Assembly: GCF_018977255.1 (NCBI RefSeq)
Contig: NW_024704742.1
Span: 49,416,001 to 49,480,000 of the forward strand
Reading direction: 5' to 3'
DNA: 64,000 nt
DNA from: Callorhinchus milii
Lineage: Eukaryota
The position numbers and the translations under genes were made by a program. The notes beneath the pieces are model-generated. The model made no database searches. It saw only the letters and a list, made by a program, of their open reading frames with translations, and was not told the DNA's origin. This document shows positions 12,011 through 25,557 of this stretch, piece by piece (positions within the stretch are counted from its first letter, which is position 1; each line of letters opens with the position of its first letter).

Positions 12011-13129
12011 TATCTCTCAAACTCACTGAACCAGTGTGCAACATTGGCGTCTGGAGATGTGTTTGAGTGTGTGTGTGTCTGTCTGTCGGTCTCTCTGTCA
12101 GTCTGTTGATTGGTTGTCAGTCCCGTGGAAGTGATAAATTAGTAGAGCAATGGCTGAAAATATGCATTAAGCAAATTATTCCATTTTAACTATACCTGTC
12201 AGTGTTAATTTCAACATGAACAACTATTTTTGCTAAGGTATTGATCAGAACCCACCTGGAGTAGTGTGCCTAACTTTGGTCACCATAACACGAAAGATAT
12301 TTATCAGAGGAAGATTGTTGCTCTGAGCCATGTTACATAAAAGGCAGTCTATAGCTAGGCTCTTGAAGCAGGCAACAAGCAAGCTCCTTGTTCCCAGGCC
12401 AACTACCGGAGGTATAGATGAAGGCACTGCGGATAAAACAATGCAGCAGATAGGCAGACCAGAATCTACTTAAAACCTGCCTTTCTCTTATTGGTGTGAC
12501 AATCATTGAAAGCTCGGAGAAATATATATAGTTTTGTTGCAAATATCTGCATATAAATCCACAATGGAAACATTTCCTTTGTACAACAGCAGCAGCAACA
12601 AATTCTGTCAGCAAAGCATCAATCAAAACGTGAGCCTCAATACCCATTATAAAAGTTATTATGCAGGAGAATCATAGAGAAATGATTGTTTAAGGACCGC
12701 ATAACCTTTCTGTGAGTAGATGTTTGCTAAAAGAAATTATATGAGAAATAAAATAATCCAATGCCTTTGAAGATCAAAGAATAACCATGGAAAGCCTTCT
12801 GGCGAGGACACCGGTACCAACATGTTCTTCCCAAATACAGTGAGAAAAATATATGCAAAGGCGCATACGTCCTTATCATTATGTGACACACCAAGTGGAA
12901 ATATGTTTCTGTGGATCACAGACATTGTGCAGAAATCTTCAATAAACACCTACATTCGCAGTACAGCATGCAGTAATCCTACATTGACATGAATTGCAGA
13001 AACATGCCAGAGGTGCAGTCTGTGACAAAACAGTGTGTTAAAAATGATAAGGAACCCATTAATTCTGAAGGAAGTATCTCCAAGTGCCTGGAAAATAATC
13101 CCTCAAGTAAAATTGGTTATTGGTCTTTC

Positions 13130-13510
13130 AAATATTCTGTCCCCGCTTGCTGGAATTTAACCTGGAATCTCTCCGACTTCCTCTCTTCTTTGACGGCAAG
13201 ATTCTTTAATTGCACTTTTGGTTATTCTTCCCCTTCCTTCAAACCTCAGCTCCCACCCCTAGCTTGGATCCCTATTCAGCAGTGTGAATGCACTTTGGGA
13301 CTTCCTTCTGATGTGAAAGGCACTTTATAAATATATATTGTATTGTCATTCACTCCATGGCTGTTTATAGGACATTCTTGTGCGCAAATTGGCTGCTGCA
13401 TTTCTTATAAGTACACAGTTACTATACTTCAGAGTAAACTCCTGTGAAGCTCTTCGAGAGATCCTGATATGATAAGGAGCTATATCAGATGTCAGGATTA
13501 TTACAATTAT
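13130..13510 (+). mobile_element. Old L2 3' end followed by a SINE 3' half
   Basis: tttgggacttccttctgatgtgaaaggcact tail, then gtgcgcaaattggctgctgc ... aggattatta. Confidence 0.7.
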
Positions 13511-14786
13511 TAAGTTAGGAACATCTGATAAGATGTGCAAGCTCTTTAATGACGTGAGAAAATGTTCCATTATTTTAGCAATACATGTGCTTGCTTTGCT
13601 TGATGCTAAAACTGAATCCTCCCTAGCAACAAAATAATCGGATTAAGAGTTAAAATCCTTGATCTATGTTCTTTCCGACATTATGCTTTCATGAAGAAAA
13701 CCAATCATTCAAAAAGATGGGTCCTAAGTTGCCTCTTACGTGTGCACACACATACTTTATTTTTTCCCAGTGAATCAAAGCATGTGTAATTAGGTAAAAC
13801 AAATCTTTGAAAGCACACCTGAGTTGTGATTGAAGACTTTCAAATAAACTATTGCAGAAAAATTTAGCAAGGATGGTCATATTGATGTTTTTAGTCAGCA
13901 AAGGAGCACTTGAGAGAATAAATAAAATAAGTTCATTCCCATGCCTCATTATGTGTATCCTCACGACACTCAGTGTAACTTTCCAGGCAGGATAAATAAA
14001 CATTTTTTTTGTAAAAGCTCACTTAAATCCTGTTTCACATCATATCCTGCAGGCTGCTATCATTTTGAACTATTTGGATTTTGTACTGCAAACATACTGC
14101 AGCCAAATCATCTGATGGAAAGATTTGCAGATATTTGAGAAATAAAACATGTTACCTTAATAATAATAATAATAATCCTTGCATTTGATATCGCACCTTA
14201 TCACCTCGTCGAGACGTCTCAAAACACTACAGGATATACTGTAAAGTGGATTGACTGTATTTTGTGGGCAAAACATTACACTGTAAAATAACTATTTGTG
14301 AAGAATATAGAGTGTAGAATGTGTCGCAATGCATCCCATTGCATTCCATCCTGCTTGCCGGATAATTTCCACAATGCATATTTTTAAATAATTTCCGCCA
14401 CATGTAAGCAATTATTTTGATCGAGCGCCTATTGCACAAGTCATTCTAAGAATACATACTTTATCAATTTAGCCAAATTGTTTACATTTGCACAGTATTC
14501 GTTCTCCAGATCATAAAACCTTCTTGCTACATATGGTTTCCCATGAATTCTTTGAGCAAGCAAACTGTTTTCATAAGATATAATGGGAAATTATTCACTG
14601 TAAAGCACAGTTTGACTCTGTCCCATATGACTGTCAATATAAAGCTTATACAGAAAACTGAATTGGAAAATAAATTAGTTCAAATTTATTGAGTAGTATG
14701 CAAAATACAAGTCTAAACTAGTGAGAAGCAGCATTGGTGAAACAAAATAATTCAGATTAAAAGGTGTTGATTCACAATAAGGTCTT

Positions 14787-16465
14787 GATACAATACAATA
14801 CAACACAAAATTACATTTGTAAAGTGCCTTTCACATCTGGAGGACGTCCCAAGGCACTGAACAGTCAGAGATTAGGAGGGTGGGGAGGTGGGGGTTGGGA
14901 TCAGGGAGGGTGGAGGGAAGAAAGGGTAGGAGGGTGGCCGAAGGCCTGGTTGAAGAGGAGGGTCTTGAGGCATGCCTTGAAGGAGGCAAGAGAGGGAGCG
15001 AGGTGAAGTGGGATGGAGTTCCAGAGGGTGGAGGCAGAGAAGCTGAACGCCTGCTGAGCGGAGGGATCAGACCGGTTGATAAGGGGTTAGCAGGTCAGAG
15101 AGGTAGGATGGGGAAATGCCATGGAAGGCCTTGAAGGTGAAGATGAGAATTTAGAATTTTGAGCCCTGAGGAACACCGAACGAGATAGTGCGGGGGCTGG
15201 AGGAAAAACCGTTTGTGGAGACAAAGTGGAACCAATGTGAAAGATAGGCTCCGAACCTTTCAAGGACAAAACCTTGAAGGTTAAGGTGAGAGGAGAGATG
15301 GTGGAGGAGGATAGAGTGTTCCACAGTGTCAAAGGCAGCAGAGAGGTCGAGGAGGATGAGGAGACAGAGGGAGCCCTGGTCACAGATGGGCAGAATGTCA
15401 TTTGTCACCTTGACCAAGGCTGTTTCAGAGCTGCGAGCAACATGGAAACCCGATTGGAAGGGTTCATACAGAGGATGGCAGGAGAGGAATGAGTGAAACT
15501 GGGAAGCAACAACTTTTTCAAGGACATTGGAAAGGAAAGGGAGGTTGGAGATGGGGCGTTAGTTAGTGAGCAGAGATGGGTCCAGGAAAGCTTTTTTAGG
15601 AAAAGGTTGATGACAGCTGTTTTTAGGGGGGTGGGAATGTTGCCAGTTGACAGGGAGAGGTTGATGAGGTAAAAGGGCGAGAAGGTGGAGATGGGAGGTA
15701 AGGAGAGGGGTAAGGATGGGGTCGAGGGAGCAGGTGGTGGGCTTCATGCAGGTTATAGTCGTGGTGAGAGAGGAGGGGGGGCAGGTTCGAAAGTGAGGAG
15801 GGAGGGATGGGAAGCGGGAGAAGTGTGAGGGAGAGATGGGGAAGGGGTGGCGGTTGGGAAGGTGGAGGTGGCTGAATGGATCCCCTCAATTTTGGTCTTG
15901 AGTAAATCCAGCATCTTCTTGCAGTTAGAGTTGGAGGAGAGGATGGGCGAGGCGTGAAATAGTGGATAGAGCTGGTTGGTTGCAGAGAAGAGAAGCTTGA
16001 GGTTGTATGAGGGTTTTGGTGGCCTGAGGGGTGAGGCAGTGGCGGAGCCAGGCGATGTTGTGGAGGCAGGGGAAGGCAGATCGGGTCATGGCACAGATGT
16101 GAGCTAGAAAGGACAGTTGAGGGTCATACAAGACACCAAGGTTCATGACTGGCTTGGTGAGATGAAGCTAGCATCCATGGATGCTGATGCTTCTAGTGCC
16201 TGAGGTGCGGAGGTGCTGGCACGAGCCAATCAGGAGAGCCTCAGTCTTGTTTATGTTCAACTGTAGAAAGTTGGCTCACATCCAGGCAGTCTGTCAGGAC
16301 ATCAGTGGTCCTGGAGTTGAGGGTGAAGGTAGATTTTGGTCTTGAGGAAATCCAGCATCTCCTTGCAGTTGGAGTTGGAGGAGAGGATGAGCGAGGCATG
16401 CAAGAGTGGACGGAGGAGCCAGTTGGTAGTGGAGAAGGGAAGCCTGGGGGTCCAAGATTATCTTA
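14787..16465 (-). mobile_element. Rearranged or composite L2 LINE
   Basis: RT motifs (LLDLSAAFDTVEH, GVPQGS), a duplicated pre-RT segment (15890-16001 and 16335-16460), and a (TTGTA)n tail. Confidence 0.88.
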
Positions 16466-16784
16466 GAATAGAAGGACAATTTAACGGATATGACTCAGAT
16501 ACAAATTCTACACAACAGAAAGTACAATGCCTGAATCAGAGAATAAGAAAATGTTTCACAAAATATCAGTCAATCCACTTTAAGGCCTATTTTGTGAAGT
16601 GCTTTGACATGTTTCAATGATGTACTAAGGTACTATGTCAAATGTATGGATTCTTCTTCTTTTTCTTCTTCTTCTTATTATAATAAGTGCCTGGGATTCC
16701 AAAGTTCACTCAGGTTTCTCTGCAGCTATTTCTCAGACTAAAATGCTGTGTTCTGTGAAGTCAGAGGGGTAAGTGTGTGGTTTT

Positions 16785-17100
16785 AATAATAATAATAATC
16801 CTTGCATTTGATATAGCACTTTTCATGCCTTTTAGACGTCTCAAAGCGCTTCACAAAATATACTGTAAAGTGAATTTACTGTATACTTGTGGGCGCAACG
16901 CGGCATCCAATTGCGCACAGCAGTGTCCCACAAACAGTCGTGGATTGAAGTGACCAATTTTATCATTGTTTTTTTCTTTTGAGGGATTAATATCAGGCGT
17001 GTGGAGTATGGAAACTTGGCAAAGTTTCGCCCTGCCGGGAATTGAACCCAGGTCTCTCGCTTACGAGGCAAGTGCTCTAACCACTGAGCTACAGCACTCC
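16785..17100 (-). mobile_element. Young tRNA-derived SINE, near full length
   Basis: A box tagctcagtgg and B box ggttcaattcc on the minus strand, L2-like stem-loop and (TTA)n tail. Confidence 0.92.
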
Positions 17101-18264
17101 TGTTTTGACGTATTGCGCAGAAGGTTGAGAAATATCAATTCTCCAATATTTTCCCATATTTCACGTTTTCATAATATTTCTGTTATGACCATAATGATAT
17201 ATGTTTAAAAAGAATTTATAAACTTGTAATAATCTTTCTGCCCAGTATAACTAATAATTGCTTGATTAAGGTTTAGTCAATCGGGCAACTTGAACATTTC
17301 TTTTAACTTCATTGCAATATGGAGTGAGGTGTGATGATCCACCATGTTAAAATCTAACTAAACTGAATGTTTACTGGGAAGTTGGGAAAATGGAACGGGG
17401 AAAACGCAGGATGTGATAATCATGTTCAGTGATAATTTTGTGCCATCTCCTTACTGACAGGTTTGGGAATTCTGAAGGATTTCGACCCAATCTCTGGACA
17501 ATAATTTCTCCCTCCAACTTATTCAAAATTAAATTGAGGATTGTTGGCCAGGACACTGGGAGAAAGTCTTCTTTTGAATCCCTGTTTTTTAACTTAAACA
17601 TTTTGTTTTTACTTTTAAAATTATTTGTCAGTCATTAAATATCACATGGGAGAAATTCAGATGAAGATCGCCCTTTGGCCCATTTGATCTCATCCTACCT
17701 TAGGGAGAAGCAAGTTATCCGCACTCCCTGTGGGCTAATAACATATTTTCCCATTGCACACGATTATTGAAATGCACAGATTGACAAGAGAAAAGGGGTT
17801 ACTGTGAAGATGGCTGAATTAATGTGTACTAAAGAGAATTTCCAAACTACTCACCTCAAAGCATATGCAAAAAGAGATACTGGGATTGTAGCTTTTTCCT
17901 CTCCTTAATAATTGAATACAGTTGCCTCACATATATCAAAACTTTCCTACCATTGCAAAAAATACATTAAATTCAAGATAGATGGCCATTCCCTGCAATA
18001 ATTTGAACAGGCCTCTGTACGGTATAACAGTGAACATACACCTATGTTTGTGGATAGGCAGGGGCACTGTAAATTAATCTGAGGTCAGCTGGTATTCTGT
18101 GAAATAACTCTGAAATGCCATATTCCATGATTGACAACAATGTGACTTTGACAACAACGCATGTGGTTGCTAGAAGGTTGGCACCATTTTCGATACACCA
18201 TAATTATTATCACTGATGATAATTATCATATCACCCATCGTATTTTTCACCTCACTATTCTTTT

Positions 18265-18583
18265 AATAATAATAATCCTTGCATTTGATAAAGCACCTTA
18301 TCACACCTTCCAGGCAACTCAAAGTGCTTCACAGAATATACTGTAAAGTGAATTGACTGTATAGTTTGGGGTAAACTGCAATAGCCAATTGCGCACAGCA
18401 GTGGATTGAAGTGACCAATTTGTAAAAAAAAAGATTATTATCCCTGGAAAAGCGATCTGCCAATCGACTAACAACTGGGTTCCTACTTATTGCTAGGTAA
18501 ACAGAAACTTGCCCAACATTTCACCCTGCCGGAAATCAAACCCAGGTCTCTCGCTTGCAAGGCAAGTGCTCTACAGGATTCCA
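18265..18583 (-). mobile_element. Young tRNA-derived SINE with A-box deletion
   Basis: Same family as 16785-17100; reads gtgctct|acaggattccac, lacking aaccactgagct. Confidence 0.88.
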
Positions 18584-19629
18584 CTTTTACATCAAATGCT
18601 GAAGAATATGCTGTATCTTTGTTAGAACATGCAGTGTTTGTAGTTCAATTCCTGTCAATAAGAGAAACATTGAACATGATACTTCGTGCTCAGTGCTTTC
18701 ACTTACAAAAGGGTTGAAAGTCTTCAATACAATTAATTGTCTTTGTTTCCAGGAAGTCATAAATTGAATCATTCATGCAGCTCAATGCATCCAATTCCGA
18801 GAACCTCTTAAAACAAGAATGCAAAATACAGTGCACGCCCCAGTCCACTTTCATAAATGATTTAAGCATGACAAAAATAAACCATAATCCATATAAAACT
18901 ACCGTGAATGGAAATGGCAATTTTCTATTGAAACTTTTCTTTAGATTGGGACTTTTAGACTAAAATGGCAAAAAGTACTGCAGTTCTTATATAATTGTTG
19001 TAAATTATACAGTTGCCATGGAGAAAAATTGCACAGTTTTCCAATGCCTTCTTCGTTGGAGCTGCTCATTAAAGTCAATAATCCTACCATAATTATCAGA
19101 ATTTTTTTTCTGATTTTATGTAGCACATACAGCTTACTGCAGTGATTCATGCTGCTGTAAGTCCTCCTCAAATCTCAATTAATGTCTGTAGTGCCCTGGC
19201 AGCTTTGATATTCTTTGGACACTTATTATTCAAGCACTTATTTCCTATATTAGACAAGCTCCACCACATTAAATTTGAGTCTGATTGCAGCATTTTCTAC
19301 TTTGCTTGGAGGGTATTTTTTTGCCAGGAAATGTGGTTAAACTGGGGCGGTGAAATCAGCTAAAAAAACAGCTTGATGCTGTGATGGGAAGACAGTAAGA
19401 TAGAAATTCTGGAAGGATGAGATCAAATGTGTTGAAGGGCCTTCTTCAGCCAAACAAATCTTGTGATCTTGTAAAGAGCAGCTTTTGCCCATTACAAGCA
19501 TTTGCCACTTGACGCAGCGGTCACATTTTTGGCACCGCGGTTCACAACCACAATTGATAGATGTAAAGACTATGATTCATATCTTCAATGCAGCAGCAGT
19601 ATAGGAGCTAACATTTGCCTTGTGCAAGA

Positions 19630-19870
19630 GCATAGGTTGGAAGAGAAGCAGGGAATTCCTATTTACTCTGTTTCATCTGAAAATTTCCTGGTTCTTGGTT
19701 ATTCCTGGAGCCGAGGAGATCAAGAGGGAATATAAAAGAGGTATTTAAGAGTCTGAAAGGGAATGACAGGATAGTTGGAGAAAATCTATTTTGTTTGGTT
19801 GGAGAAAGGGTGATATGTGGGCATAGTCTCAAGAATTATAGCAGAAATATTAAGGGCTGAGGTGGAAAAA
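19630..19870 (+). mobile_element. Old CR1 fragment
   Basis: Degenerate match to the CR1 ORF2 end (gagggaatataaaagaggtatttaag, gggcatagtctcaagaat). Confidence 0.6.
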
Positions 19871-20074
19871 TAATAATAAATTCTTACATTTGGTATAGAG
19901 CCTTTCATTTCAGGAGAATGTCCAAAACATTTCACAGCATTTATTGTAAAGTACAATGATTGTGTTTGGAATTCTGTGCCTTTAATTCACAGATGTTTTT
20001 AATGTGTAATACTCAGTAGAATCAATACAATTTTTTCTAAATCACCTTTTTGTTAGTTATCCCAAAGCTCCTGC

Positions 20075-20440
20075 AACACTACACTGGAGTTAGCTCGTAG
20101 CCCAGGCTGACATTCTGATGCACTTTTGAGGGGAGCGCTGCACTGCCACAAGCATCATCCTTCAGCTGAGATGTTAAACTGAGTTCCCATCTACCTATTG
20201 AGATAGATGTTAAAGATCCTACAGCACTCAGCTTCAAAAAGAGAGGCAAATTTATCTTGGCCAACAATTCTCTAGATAAATGAGTCATTTACTTCTTCGC
20301 TGTTTGTGGGACAATGTTGTGTGCAAATTGGCTGTCATCTTCATTTACGAAGATAGAATCATTACAGTTAATGGTTGTTAATGTAACGCATTTTAATAAT
20401 GTTTTAGGCACGATATCAAATACAAGGATTACTATTATGA
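20075..20440 (+). mobile_element. Old Deu-domain-type SINE
   Basis: gagggagcgctgcactg..gagatgttaaactgag..gatgttaaagatcc..tgtttgtgggaca..aaattggctg. Confidence 0.8.
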
Positions 20441-22119
20441 AAGCTAAAAAATAATAATTCTTGGGGCCTTTCACCAGGTTCATTGCTGATGTAGACAAAG
20501 CTGCTTAATTAATACAAAGTGAAGTAATAAAGGAGGGGGTTCAGTGCTGTCACCTTAAGAGTGCTTTGCATCTATGCATTTTGTCAGAAGTTGTCAGTTG
20601 AATATGGAAAATGTTAGTCATCGCCTTTGAGTAAGCGATAGGTATTACACAGTGCCTTATAAATTGTGATGTCTTCCCTGTGTTAAACTGACATCACCAT
20701 CATGCTCTTGCCTGTGTGTCTAAGTGATCTAAATATATTTTGATTCTCTATGGCACTATTAAGTCCAACTGCAATTTAGTTAATACTGGAAATTATTGTT
20801 GAAAATTGCTCCAGCCATGACTCCAGCCCTTACGTCTAAACATGATTGCTTCTTAATCATGGTGTTGAAGACCAAAAATGCCATTCATGCCAATGACACA
20901 GAATGAATAATTCAAAGTGGAAGTCAGTATATTTCACATGGATTTTCTTGTAGCTAAGATACAAGGTGATACTTCTATATGTTGTTTCATGTTGTGATAC
21001 AAGGTGATACAATCCTATGCTGTTGAGGGGTGTCCACTCAGTCATCATCACTGAGGATTGTATTTGTGTCCCGGTAATGGAGAAGAACGAAATCCAACAA
21101 GATGCAGCTGTGAGAAGAATCCTTATTTTGGCAGCAGAGATTCTGGGCAATTTGTTGGAACAGCATTTTAATTCCTGGAACTGCCAAGGTGTCCTTCATC
21201 AGCTATACAATATGGCCTATATTATCTGTCCCTCTCAACCCTCTTCAGTTCCCATCCCCAGCTTGGTTACCCAGCCAGCAGTGTCAACAGCAAAAACCAC
21301 AACTTGCCCTTCAACTCGGGATAGTGTCTCTGAGAGTGCCAAGCATTTTGAGATGTCTCCCCAATGTGAAAGACATAATATTAAAGCCAATTTTTATATA
21401 TTATATCTGTCTCCGATTGCCTTGTTCCTCAAACCCACAACTTGAATAAAGTAGCAAAAATTGTGTACCCACTGGTACTTTATAGATATTGTCATCAAAT
21501 AAAGTGATCCATTATATTCTCTGCTCTGTCTGTCACCAATACTACAGGCCATGGTCCATTTGCATGTTAATAGGTTCAATTTTTTTGGTATTATTAACAC
21601 AGTTCTTAACAGAAATCCATGACAGTGATTTGCAGTAAAGCTTCTCCAACTCAATTTATTTTCAGAGCAGGGTTCTCCTGACTCTTATTGACATGCATAG
21701 CATCCTTCCAGTTACTAGGAATCCCAGCTCAATTTTCCAATATTTTATAATTGAGAAATATTGGGAAATTGACCCCAATATTTCTAACTAATGGCGCAAA
21801 GAGGTAAGGTTAATAGTCAAATAATGGACTTTGATATTATGGAATTCATCTCTGTTCCTATTTTATATATTTACATGATTTAACCCTTGTGCTTCACAAG
21901 TATTTTTGCCAAGATGCCTTGCATAAGGTATCGTTCTCAGTATGCCTTTTATTTTACTGACATATTGTATGGAATAATCTGCTGGGAAGTGGACTGATTT
22001 TAAAATTGGTCATTCACTTCATGACTGTTTGTGGGACCACTGTTGCACACAAACATGGCTGTCATGTTTGGTTACAAGTACACAGGAAAATCCTGTGAAG
22101 TGCTTTAAAATATATAGTA

Positions 22120-22345
22120 ACAATAATAATAATAATCCTTGCATTTTGATGTAGCACTTTTCACGTCTTCTAGACATCTCAAAGTGCTTCACAGAATACA
22201 CTATAAAGTGAGTTGACTGCATATTTTGTGGGAGAAACGTGGCAGCCAATTGCGCACAGCAGTGTTCCACAAACAATCATGGATTGAGTAACCAAATTAT
22301 TAGTGTTTTCTTTTCTTGAGGGATTATTATAAGGCGTATTATCAG
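22120..22345 (-). mobile_element. Young SINE, 3' part
   Basis: (TAA)n-tccttgcattt..cacgtcttctagacatctcaaagtgcttcacag. Confidence 0.85.
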
Positions 22346-22475
22346 GAGAAATGTTGCAACAATGTGATAAGGGGCTATACCAAATGTGAGATTATTAAAT
22401 TTGGCTCAAATCAATTTACACAATAATCTGTACGTCTGGCTGGACAGGATTTGAATCCAACAACAATTTACATTT

Positions 22476-23300
22476 ATATACAATACAATCCAAAATTACA
22501 TTTGTAAAGTGCCTTTCACATCGGGAGGATGTCCTAAAGCACTGAACAGGCAGGGATGAGGACCCGAACGGAGGGGGGGGGTCTGGGATCAGGGAGGGCG
22601 AAGGACAGAGAAGGTAGGAGGATGGTCGAAGGCATGGTCGAAGAGGAGGGTGTAAAGGTGTGCCTTGAAGGAGAAAGAAGAAGGAGTGAGGCGAAGGGCA
22701 TGTGGGATTGAGTTCCAGAGGATGGGGGAAGAGAGGCTGAAGGTCCAATCGCCGATGGTGTGGTGGGCCGGACGGGGGACATGGAACAGGCCGGAGGCTG
22801 CTGAATGGAGGGAACAGACAGGTTGATATGGGGTTAGCAAGTCACAGAAGTAGGGAGGGGGTAAGGCCATGGAGGGCCTTGAAGGTGAAGACGAGAATTT
22901 TAACTCGATCCTCTGAGAGATGGGGAGCCAGTGGACCCGGACAAGGGTGGGGGTGATGGGGTCATGGAGCCTGGTCTGGGAGAGGATACGAACTGCAGAG
23001 TTCTGGATGATCTGCAGCTTGTAGAGAGAAGAATTGGGGAGACCAACAAGCACAGTGGAGCCTGGGTGTAATGAAGACATGTATGAGGGTTTTGGTGGCC
23101 TGAGGGGTGAGGCAGTGGCGGAGTCGGGCAATATTGCAGAGGTGGGGGAAGGCAGAGCAGGTCATGGTACTGATGTGAGGGAGAAAGGACAGTTGATGGT
23201 TGAACAAGATGCCCAGGCTCCTGACTGGCTTGGTGAGGTGGAATGTGCATCCGTGGATGCTGATGCTGCTAGTGCCTGAGGTGCGTAGGTGCTGGCGCAA
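22476..23300 (-). mobile_element. L2 LINE 3' fragment
   Basis: KLQIIQNSAVRILSQTRLHDPITPTLVRVHWLPISQRIELK, with a (TTGTA)n tail. Confidence 0.92.
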
Positions 23301-23352
23301 GCTCCTTAATGTAGAGTAACGTCTTAGAGTAACTTGCAGGCATTTCCATTCT

Positions 23353-23490
23353 TAACAACAACAACAACAACAACAAGATTACATTTGTATAACGTTTTTC
23401 ACATCGGAAGGAAGTCCCAAGGCGCTGGACAGTGTACAGCATTTCGGACCCGAGCTGGGGTCAGGGGGGAGAAGGGAGGGGAAGGGGGAT
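23353..23490 (-). mobile_element. L2 3' terminal fragment
   Basis: (CAA)n-gattacatttgtat..tcccaaggcgctggacag. Confidence 0.85.
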
Positions 23491-25557
23491 CTTAGATTCA
23501 GATGCACAATTGATGTAATTGTTGTAAATCACTTATGCAAATATTATACATAATTTAAAAATATGATTTATCGTAAAATCAAATCTTTTCCAACTTACAA
23601 AATGGCTTCAACTTTACATTTTAGATGCTGAAGGTGTAAAGTCAACACATACTTGAAAAACACACTGTGCACTTCAAAATAGCATCAAGTTCACCAGTGT
23701 AAATAAAGAATATTAAGCCTTCAGGCATTATTAATCAATATGTCTTTGTCTCAACAGTGAACATGTTTATGGGTGGTTATTGTTAACCCTGGTTTCAGCA
23801 GAGAGCACCTTATTGCATAATTTCTGTACGTGCACAAGGCATCACTGTCCTTTTTGGGTGAGGCTGTAAATTTACTGATAACTTGTGGGTGTTTCATGTT
23901 GTAGATTCACAGCTGTCAGGAACTAAATTGAAACTTTCAGACTAAGGACTAGTGTAGCTGGAAGCTTTCGTTCCATCACTTGGGGCTGCATTTATACCTA
24001 ACTCCCAAGAGAGGAAAGAGTAAAGAGCAGTTTAATGTTTAATGGTACAGATACCGATCTTGTTCAGTGGCACTTCAACTCTGTGTTTGGAAGCAATGGC
24101 AGGGAGAATGCATCTAAATAGAATGTTTTTCAGCATGTTCCACAAATACATGTTCAGTTTATTATACAGCACCAAAGAGCCACAATCTTAGCCTATCAGA
24201 CCATTTTGTCTTAAATTTTAAGATTGTAATCCTTGCATTCGATATTGTACAGAATTGAAAAAAATATTTAAGTAGATAGACTTAATGTATCATATATTTG
24301 TTCTTTGGAAGCTGGTTTTCCATAATTTGAAACAAACAGCTTCCAATTAGAACTTAATTTAAGACCTTTGCGCAATTTTGGCCCATCAGACATATTGCTC
24401 TTACAGACTAATAGGTGAAATTCCAGGAAACCAAAGGCAACGTATTTCCTTTTGTCACTGACTTTTGCCACACATGATATGAATTTAGTTCAAGTTGCCA
24501 TTCACTATTACAAATGAGCTTCTGCAGACAGAATAATCAGTAAATCCCTGGTACAACTGTAGACAAACACAATGATCTAATGCAAGAAAGTTTGAACCAG
24601 CCAACAGTTTGCAAATGTAATCTCATAATTAACCTGCTATCAATTAGAATGCTTCAAGCATTTGGGACTCTTTTATTTCTATACAACAGTCAAGTTATTT
24701 CAATAAGTTATTATGGTATATTGGTAGGTATTGTAACATAGTCTTTCATCACACAGAAAACTTGTAATTGGAGGTATCTTTAACCAAGTCCTGTAGGGCT
24801 TCTCATTTTGACAGAACAATCTGCTAACCTAATGTTTGTGCTTTCACAAGTGCTTCAGTAAAGCTCTGAGTTTGCATTTACCTACTCCCTGAAACTCTAA
24901 TAGTGGGCATCAATGCTCAGCCATTTTAGTCTAAAAATGTTACTTCTTGATGCACGCCACTCTTGAAATTAAACAACTTCACATCCTTGAACGAGTTTCC
25001 TGCCTGTTTTACTTGCGTGATCCTAAATCACATTTCTAGTAGTTCCTCAATATTGAAGAAATACATTTAAGGTGCATGAGTGACTGATACGTTGTGGCTG
25101 AATCTTGACAAATGATGCTGAATGTTATTATTATTATTATTATTATTGTTGTGGTGTATTTGCCCACAAATTACATATTACAATATATTACACACATTAT
25201 AATAAATCCTGGGATGCACTTCGAGATATCGTCCGGAAGAGTAAGGACATGACATCAAATGCCAGGAGTATTATAATTATTATTCTCTAATTCATGTTTA
25301 ATCTCCTGAAATAGGCAAGTCGACATTACATAAAACCTCTAAGAGGGATAAAAAGCCTGATGTTTCTCCCTGACCCTAAATACTAATCTTTTACGATATA
25401 CTTTATGTATCTTTGATTGCTTACAATGTACACTGATGGAATTATGGAATTACTGATCACATTAATTGTTTATGTAAACATGCTTTGCAAACCATTAGTA
25501 GAAATTCTACCTGGGTCTAGATCTACTCATTAATGTAACATTTCGCTTACAAAATAT

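Noticed and set aside
12245..12949. Minus-strand ORFs preceded by AG (VLSRFWSAY.., VFIEDFCTM..)
   Set aside because: Weak pyrimidine tracts, no recognisable protein, and partial overlap with a CR1 remnant.
20857..21445. 97-aa and 142-aa ORFs, one with a signal-peptide-like start
   Set aside because: Non-ATG starts, no recognisable domain, and the longer one runs into an L2/SINE tail.
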